Origin: Nitrospirales bacterium
GTDB taxonomy: Bacteria; Nitrospirota; Nitrospiria; Nitrospirales; UBA8639
Length of the DNA: 24,000 bases
Reading direction: 5' to 3'
NCBI GenBank assembly: GCA_965203295.1
Contig: CBDBCZ010000013.1
Location: 847,339-871,338 of the forward strand
Shown: positions 17,565 through 24,000 of the stretch, piece after piece
How positions within the stretch are numbered: the first letter of the stretch is position 1
Layout: each line of letters starts with the position of its first letter
Program-made: the position numbers and the translations under genes
The notes under the pieces: model-generated
What the model saw: the letters and a program-made list of their open reading frames with translations, nothing else
What the model was told of the DNA's origin: nothing
The model's database searches: none

Positions 17565-18117
17565 AACTGCTATCGGGATCATAAATGTAGCTAGTAGCAT
17601 TAAAAGTTGCCACCTGTCAGAATTGCAACATGGTTGCACTGTCATCACTCTCAAAATTGCTTTATAGACCAGCCTGCAGACAGCTAGCTGGTATAACATT
17701 ATTGCAAACATATTAATTATAATAGGTCTATTCATCTTCTGAGTATGTGCCGGCAAGAGGTCTGGGGAATCCCCAGGGAAGTCCTCTAACTGTAAACAAT
17801 TCACTACCACTATACCCAAGTACAAAGTACGGCGGGTGAGCGAGCTGCATATATCGTTACAGTGCTGTCTCATAGGCCATTTTTGGCCTGCTGCCCCTGA
17901 GGCGTGACGTAAAAATCTAATGTTTATCTATCTGTCTTGCTATAGGTCATGAGCTAGACTGTCGGATTACGTCATCAATCACGCCTATAGGAGAGGTTGT
18001 GCTGCTTGAGAGTCATATTCGCTTTGCTCGGTCGTACCATACATGTAGCTAGCTGAGTATAGAAGGTACTTCTACTCAACTATCTAGTGCTGATAGCTAT
18101 CTCTATATAGAATAGAA
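17565..18117. repeat. Copy B of the approximately 0.8-kb repeat
   Basis: See copy A. Confidence 0.8.
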
Positions 18118-18179
18118 TATTTTAACGTCTCGTCCCAAGGACAGCAGGCCAAAATGACCTATGAGACAGCATACAATTA
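17865..18179. mobile_element. MITE-like element of 315 bp bounded by imperfect terminal inverted repeats of about 50 bp
   Basis: The left end CTGTCTCATAGGCCATTTTTGGCCTGCTGCCCCTGAGGCGTGACGTAAAAAT (17865-17916) compares with the reverse complement of 18127-18179, CTGTCTCATAGGTCATTTTGGCCTGCTGTCCTTGGGACGAGACGTTAAAATAT, at about 85% identity. A left-TIR copy also lies in repeat A at about 17034-17080, and a solo right TIR lies at 10568-10616. Confidence 0.55.
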
Positions 18180-18554
18180 CAACTTCAAGAACTGTCGATA
18201 ACAGTAACTGTTTTATTTCTAGTTCGGCTAGCAATTGGACTCGGGACTACAGGTAACCATTCATAGCTATGGCGGGTATTTCCTCGTCTAAACAATAGGC
18301 CTGGGGTTCCACTGATTTCTCTATATGCTACCTCCTTAGCATGTTTGATCTGTAACTTCTTCATAGTTGCTCTGCGTGGTGCATGTTGTTAGTGTACCAT
18401 TCCCTTCCTCACGGTCTATGGCTTGGTCTAGCCCACTCTTCTGAACTGGAGTCCAACCTGCCTGCCCACCTTTTACAAACTTAACACCAGGTATGTCATC
18501 TCTCATCTCGTACATCACTGACTCGCAGGCAGTTAGGCTAATGGCTGCATGAAG

Positions 18555-18745
18555 TTTCAGACAAATCCGTAGGGGTAGAAGTAGTGGGAGGGACAACTGG
18601 AGTTCCAGTCAAATCCGTGGGGGCATCAGTAGTGGGAGTGCCAGCTGGACATCTAGTCAAATCCATGGGGATGGGAGTAGTAGGGAGAGCTACCGGAGTT
18701 CCAGTCAAATCCATAGGGGCAGGAGTAGCGGGAAGGCAACGGGCA
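18555..18745. repeat. 48-bp tandem repeat with 4 units, read as a 16-aa P/T-rich unit on the minus strand
   Basis: CAAATCC recurs at 18562, 18610, 18658 and 18706, an exact period of 48. The minus-strand reading is DLTGTPV.PPTT.TPT. Both strands are open across the array. Confidence 0.8.
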
Positions 18746-18831
18746 CCAAGAGAACACGATGGAGATTTTGGCTTTTCACACCTTCCTTGGCAAGGAGCTG
18801 ACACTTCTGGAATTCCAGTAGAGTATGGTAC

Positions 18832-19030
18832 GGTAGCTGTAGTAAGCTCCCTTTGGTAATTGCCCGGATCTCTGAGCCTTCTTGCATTGTAGGTCATGCG
18901 CGAACACGGCATGCGTGTGCCAGAGACACCATTTTGAACATGTGCCTTCATAAAGCACCATATAAATTATTTGGTCATGACTCAAACTGGAGAAACCCTA
19001 CATTAGTTTGCGCATGTTACGTATAAATTT
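18832..19030. repeat. X2, the second copy of the 190-bp repeat at 17377-17563
   Basis: See X1. Confidence 0.8.
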
Positions 19031-20940
19031 TGTCCCTCCCTTCATGGCAAACGATATTTATATAGCTACGCTCCCTTTTTCATTGTAGCTAGCTATTTGC
19101 TAGCTAGCCACAGCTGTAGCAAGTAGCTAAACAGATTTCCAAAATATAACACATGGAACAAATGTACTATGTATACGCTGAAGCCCTGAGAGTTGAGAGC
19201 ACTAGCTACTGCAGGCTTTAGCTATATCTGGCGTACATAGCATTAGTATTGCTATTAGCTAGAACTCTATTACCCCTATAGTATCACAAAAGTGCAATTA
19301 TTTCCATAATTGCACACTTTATTTTAGTTTAAGAGCCTAACGTTGTGCAGTCCTATAAATCACAGTGCAAAGTGTACTCTCTATCAGCTCCCTTGCTTTC
19401 ATTAGCATACTGTCAGAAAGGTGTAGAAAATAGCTATATAGCAATCTTCTTGCTCATCTTCTCTCTCATCCCGCACGTAAACAACACGTGCAAGACGTGA
19501 TTGCACATGCGTTCACAGAGTGTATTCATACTTATAACGATGACTAACTCTTCTGGAAGTGTGTTCATCAGCTTCAAACTTCAAACTTTACACTATATGC
19601 TTTAGGTGCCACTGTTACCTCTTCAGCACGCACACGCTCTAGCTCTGGAAGTTTTTGCCTCTATAGCCAGGCTGTCAGTTCTTCTGGGGACCCTCTTTCA
19701 CACATCTAAAGCCACACATGCATGCACGAATATAAAAAAGTGGAATAGTGGGAACCCCTGTATAATACATTGCTTGCACAGATAGCTACAGCTGCCAACG
19801 GCTATGTACACTCAACATACAGTATTATAGGAAATCCCACCCACTATAGATGAGATACAGCCGCAGTTTGGTTCACCCCATGCACACAGCAGTTTAAGCA
19901 AAGAATGCGAAAATATACCAAAAATATTGCTAGCTACAGCGTCTCACCCAGGGCCTACAACTTTAAATTACAAAGGTTAAACCTCACCCTAACCTTTTTT
20001 TATCCGTTCTTGGCAACCCATTGGTTGTCAGCCTGCTGCAGATGCACGTGCACATGTATATACATCGGCTCGCGCTCGATTATATCATAACAATGCAACA
20101 CAGTACAACCTGAATTTGTGACCTAATTTCCAAGGGGGAGGGGGAAGATACCAGTGAAAGGGGAAGGGGAAATGGAATACCCTACCCCCCTAAATGAAAC
20201 CGTGTTTGGAAGACTGGCAGTGTCCGCTATTGCTCAATTTTATGATTAAGATTTACTCTTGTATGAAATGCTTTTCCTCCTCCCCTTTTTTTCAGGACCA
20301 CATCCTGTCCCAGCTGTGACACCAAGTTCCCTGTCTGCATAGCCTCAGGGCAGCCCCTGCTCGACTACCGCTCTTGGATGTGTTCCACCTGAATAAAGGT
20401 TACTTTAACATTGGTTTGGTTGCTGGAGCAGCATCTATACCATCTTCACATTGTGATGATAGAGGAACAATGTTTTGCTGATTGTAGTACCTTACTTGGC
20501 TATCATAGTGTGGAGAGATCGTGTCACATGTCGAAGGTCAGTAGCAACAGTTAGGCAAAAACCATGACTTGTGACGATACCTGTACTACACAGATTATAT
20601 AGCAGAAAGTATAATTTCGATAAACTACAATACATTTGACCTATACACACAAGTGGGCAGATAGTCACGCTGTTTATGGTCTGTTTTGGGAACTGCCGTA
20701 AGAAAGGTCAGGACAGGTGATTGTCCTAATTGAAAAAAAAATGGGTCTGCAACTCCAGTAACCAAACACAAATACGTATATAAGTGCGTGAGTGAAGCGA
20801 GTGCTAGTACTTGTAGTACAGTTATTTGTACTCAAGCAAGTAGCTAGTAAGCTACTTGCAACACCTACTTAATCTGAACTCTGAACTTGTGAAGCACTCA
20901 TAGGAGTATGGTTCAGAAGAGAGAACGCCATTTATGTTTT

Positions 20941-21100
20941 GGGGGTTAACCCTTTAACGACCATAAGAAACAGCTTAAAGAAGCAGAAAAGCCTGTACAA
21001 AGTATTAACGCCTAGTATTAAAACCCCCATATAAATTCATATGGGCTTATGGGAGCTCATGACGCATATATGCGTCATTGGTTGGTAAAGAGTTAAACGA
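20941..21100 (-). repeat. Inverted partial copy of the 9128-9297 element terminus, containing an 18-bp perfect palindrome TGACGCATATATGCGTCA (21059-21076)
   Basis: Manual alignment of the reverse complement against 9128-9297. Confidence 0.65.
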
Positions 21101-22176
21101 GGTTAACAAAAGTGGGAAGAGGTTGGAGGCGTATACTGATGTTAACATGGCAATTTGTGAAAGGCTGGGAATGAGACTTAATAGCTTGAGAAAAGGCTAA
21201 GAGAGCAGTTTGCTGATCCAGTGCCTGAATCATGCATGCATGATCATAATAATATGATACTGTAAGGATGTATATATGTCCATCGTGATCATTACAATAG
21301 TAGAGAATGGATTCATGTCCATAAGTGAGGCTACACCATGGGTTCAATAGTTGAAAAGGATCTACTATGATGAAAGTTTGAGTGGGACATAATAAGAACA
21401 GGCAAAAATCGTTTTCCATGCACTGATTGTTGCAGCAGCAGAAGCATCTGCTTTGTGTGAATACCATTTCATAAGCAAAGAGCAACTCTGTGCCCTCACA
21501 GACACCCAATAGCTAACACCAAATTCCCTTGCCAAGCCTATAGTTACACAGAATGTAGTCTCTGATCTTAGGGTCTACCTTTGTTTATTGCACTTCTGTT
21601 TAAAATACTTTTCTCAAACACTCAACAAAGTTCTGAGTTGAGTTCTGACTTTAAACTAGTGTTACACACAGCTTCTACATGGGGAGCCACTCGATCATTA
21701 TCAGTGGGGCAAGCAATAGAGGAACAATCTCATACTGGCCCACTCACGCAATTATTATGTGGCTATAGCTCACATCCGGGCTTATGTTTAAGATACTGTT
21801 TGGAGCTGCAACAGAAGCAGACATGTTTTAACCCTTGGATGTGAGCCACACATGCTATGACATACAAAATGTTTACTTTTGTATTAACACAAATATAGCT
21901 AAATGCACCACAAAATTCGAACAACTTGGTAACACAACAGTGAAAGGGATATCTATTGCTAATCTGAGAAATCTAAGAGAAAACAATTACACAATTTCAC
22001 CAGTAATACAATCAAACATCATAAGAGAGACCATAATTGTAGCATAGATACACGGCTGTCACAATCAGTTATTGTAATACTATTGGCCTTGTTCCGATAT
22101 ATCCCTCCCAGCAATCTGCCATTTGTGGTACTGGTGGCGACCAAAAAAAAAGGTCAAGGGGAGACCAAGAATGTTA

Positions 22177-23709
22177 CTACATGCTTCGGTAAGTGTTGCT
22201 GCTGCTTTTTTCTACCCTCAATGGCTCTCTGGTTCCTGTTTGGCCTCTGTTAGCCATCACTTCATACTGTTCTGGGTTCAGGAGCCTGTGCGGAACAGCA
22301 GCATCGAAATGTTCTTCTTCATGGTCTTGAAAGAAGCAGTGTAGCAGTTTGTGGCTCTTGAGCTTGTGTATGCAACCAGTTTTTTTATCGAGCAGCCAGC
22401 ACGCAGAGAACAGGACAAAGTACAGCAGTGGGAGTGCGTATAGCACATCAGTTAAAATCAGCAAGAAGGTCGAAGAGTGACCAGTTAACAGTGCAGTGAT
22501 AAAAATGAATGTAATGAGGATATAGATGGTACCTAAGATAGCAAAAATAACAGCATCTACCACATTATACAGGTACACTTTGTAAGGCTGAACGAGAGCA
22601 AACAACAGTGCAATCCACCAATAAAGAAGTGCTGATACAGCAACGGCAATATATGGCACAGCAATAGAAAAGAGCAAAAGAACAATGATCCGAAGGAAGA
22701 AATAGAGTCCTGCAAAATATCGATAGTCTCGTGTGCCATTTGTGCCATCCTTGTAGCATCCTTGGAAAGCCTCAACAAATGTGCGAAGGGCTTGAGAGTT
22801 CAGTTTGCATCGTGTGAGACACTTTTGGAAAAAGGCAGCTTGGTAGAGTGTCAGTACAATGGGAGGTAGAGCAATGAAAGTCAACAGTACAACAATAGAT
22901 AGTAGAGCAAGTGGGAGATGTTCTGCATGAAAGAATCGAATATTTGCATCATATGCAAAGACGAATGTCTTCAGTAGCTTTCCTTGGCCATCGAACAGCC
23001 GTGTTGGGAATAAAAATCTTCCTGCCACGAATAATAGTTTTACATATGATAAAAGTATGAAAGTTGCAAAAGCATCGATTATGGACGTCTTTGGTTCAAC
23101 ACTTCTTCTAAAGCGGAGGAAACACCTTAGAAAGGGCCTCCAACAGTAAACAACAGGCCTGAAATCGCCAGCATGCAGTTGAATGCAGATGTAGAGAAAT
23201 ACAATGACAACTAATGGGTAAAATGCTAGTATATATTCAAGTGCATATGCTTGTAATGAACGAAGATGGCGTGTGAGACAAAATAGAGGAATGATAGCAC
23301 GGAAGACATGCAAGTTCCACATGTCATATAGGGCAGCAACTACCACTGTGGACATTCTGTTGGGATATGTAAAAGTACCTTGTGCTCCCAGCACACTCAT
23401 GGCGAAACTGATGCCAAGGAATGATGATGTGGAAATCTGGCTATAGAAGATGAAAGAATTAATGGGTCCTGAAACAACACTGATGGCAAAGATTACAATC
23501 ACTATGAAAATTACAGTGATTGGTAGATATGTGAAAGTAATAAATTTTATCCAACCATTGGAGACCTTACAGTTGATGCACTCTATGAGGCTGAAAGGTG
23601 GAACTGCAAAGCCATCCTGGCACTCTCCACAGAGCAAACCTTCTCTATTAAATGGACCACACACTCGTTCATTGAGATCTGATACTTCAGTAGAAAGTGG
23701 ATAGTACAA
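22177..23709 (-). CDS. Cysteine-rich multi-pass membrane protein (about 10 predicted TM helices) of an uncharacterised invertebrate family, main exon
   Basis: A 510-codon open frame, open back to 23775. The track 'M' at 23709 is TTG. The ectodomain motif CGPFNREGLLCGECQDGFAVPPFSLIECINC is followed by hydrophobic segments, for example FITFTYLPITVIFIVIVIFAISV, then SGPINSFIFYSQI, YILAFYPLVVIVFLYICIQL, LPLALLSIVVLLTFIALPPIVL, YFAGLYFFLRIIVLLLFSIAV, ALLYWWIALLFALV, AVIFAILGTIYILITFIFITALL and LLILTDVLYALPLLYFVLFSACWLL. The acidic tail ends ..PHRLLNPEQYE.. and the stop codon TAG is at 22177-22179. Confidence 0.8.
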   Translation of the reverse strand: MYYPLSTEVSDLNERVCGPFNREGLLCGECQDGFAVPPFSLIECINCKVSNGWIKFITFTYLPITVIFIVIVIFAISVVSGPINSFIFYSQISTSSFLGISFAMSVLGAQGTFTYPNRMSTVVVAALYDMWNLHVFRAIIPLFCLTRHLRSLQAYALEYILAFYPLVVIVFLYICIQLHAGDFRPVVYCWRPFLRCFLRFRRSVEPKTSIIDAFATFILLSYVKLLFVAGRFLFPTRLFDGQGKLLKTFVFAYDANIRFFHAEHLPLALLSIVVLLTFIALPPIVLTLYQAAFFQKCLTRCKLNSQALRTFVEAFQGCYKDGTNGTRDYRYFAGLYFFLRIIVLLLFSIAVPYIAVAVSALLYWWIALLFALVQPYKVYLYNVVDAVIFAILGTIYILITFIFITALLTGHSSTFLLILTDVLYALPLLYFVLFSACWLLDKKTGCIHKLKSHKLLHCFFQDHEEEHFDAAVPHRLLNPEQYEVMANRGQTGTREPLRVEKSSSNTYRSM

Positions 23710-23853
23710 TTTATATGAGCCGTCTCTATAGGCTTGTTCACAGTAGCTAGCTACCCAGCTCTCAGCTCTCCAGTTTTATTGTCATACGTCATGTAGTACA
23801 CGATCAGTATTTTGAGGCATTCGGTGAGTCTTCATCACAACTGATTATTTTAC

Positions 23854-23994
23854 CAGGCCAGTCTGCACAAACACAGCTGTTTCCTTATCGCTTGTGAGAC
23901 AAGGAGGACAATAAAGGGTGGCTGTGAATGACAACACAGCAATAGCTACTGTTACAATAACTATGAGTATTCTCTTACTGTACACTGTAGCCAT
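23854..23994 (-). CDS. Putative first exon of the multi-TM gene, encoding a signal peptide. Its junction to the main exon is unresolved.
   Basis: An ATG at 23994 opens MATVYSKRILIVIVTVAIAVLSFTATLYCPPCLTSDKETAVFVQTGL, a basic n-region followed by a hydrophobic core. It is followed by CTG|GTAAAA, a possible donor with GT at 23853-23852. The only phase-compatible acceptor is a weak ..GAGCTGAG| at 23761. The same ORF is conserved in the truncated copy at 1661. Confidence 0.4.
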
Positions 23995-24000
23995 GTGCCG

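Noticed and set aside
19600-19660. A possible 42-nt minus-strand micro-exon (CTATAG|AGGCAAAAACTTCCAGAGCTAGAGCGTGTGCGTGCTGAAGAG|GTAACA, encoding RQKLPELERVRAEE)
   Set aside because: Splice-like motifs flanking a very short frame are easily produced by chance, and no neighbouring exons were identified.
21093-21509. The 138-codon minus-strand ORF as a gene or as the coding part of the 20941-21100 repeat
   Set aside because: It has no recognisable motifs. Its start codon is uncertain and it shows only vague similarity to the 8688-9137 peptide blocks. It may be a decayed element ORF, but I cannot support that.
1-24000. A prokaryotic or phage reading of the window (operons, defence system, CRISPR array)
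   Set aside because: The genes are monocistronic, and one has a GT-AG intron with exact phase continuity. The window contains a LINE with an A-rich tail, AATAAA signals and eukaryotic-type domains (NACHT-LRR, death fold). The tandem arrays at 1-560 and 18555-18745 have no unique spacers and are not CRISPR-like.

Overview
This window is eukaryotic nuclear DNA, apparently from an invertebrate metazoan, and not a prokaryotic locus. The evidence is a canonical GT-AG phase-1 intron, AATAAA signals, a full-length non-LTR (LINE) retrotransposon, MITE-like elements and minisatellites. A demosponge-like source is a guess based on gene content and cannot be shown from the sequence. I can support three host genes. 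(1) 2205-3089 (+): a single-exon arylamine N-acetyltransferase (NAT)-like gene with an intact Cys-His-Asp triad. (2) 5571-8584 (-): a two-exon NLR of about 958 aa, with a death-fold/CARD-like exon 1 and a NACHT plus ribonuclease-inhibitor-type LRR exon 2. (3) 22177-23994 (-): a cysteine-rich protein with about 10 transmembrane helices, from an uncharacterised invertebrate family. A truncated copy of its 5' end, about 95% identical, sits at 1268-1667, so the two ends of the window are direct repeats. The middle of the window is repeat-rich. It holds an apparently intact LINE at about 11481-16500 (-), whose ORF1 has a PHD-like finger, a coiled coil and an RRM-like region, and whose ORF2 has APE endonuclease, RT and a CCHC knuckle. 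It also holds a decayed mobile-element ORF directly upstream of the NLR, an approximately 0.8-kb repeat present twice, a 315-bp element with about 50-bp TIRs, and 33-bp and 48-bp coding-like minisatellites. The observation I would follow up first is a U UUU UUA slippery heptamer in exact X XXY YYZ register, located where the ATG-less LINE ORF2 frame opens in the -1 frame of ORF1. I found no rRNA or tRNA genes, no CRISPR array and no prokaryotic-type system. All calls rest on reading the sequence and remembering family motifs. No searches were run.
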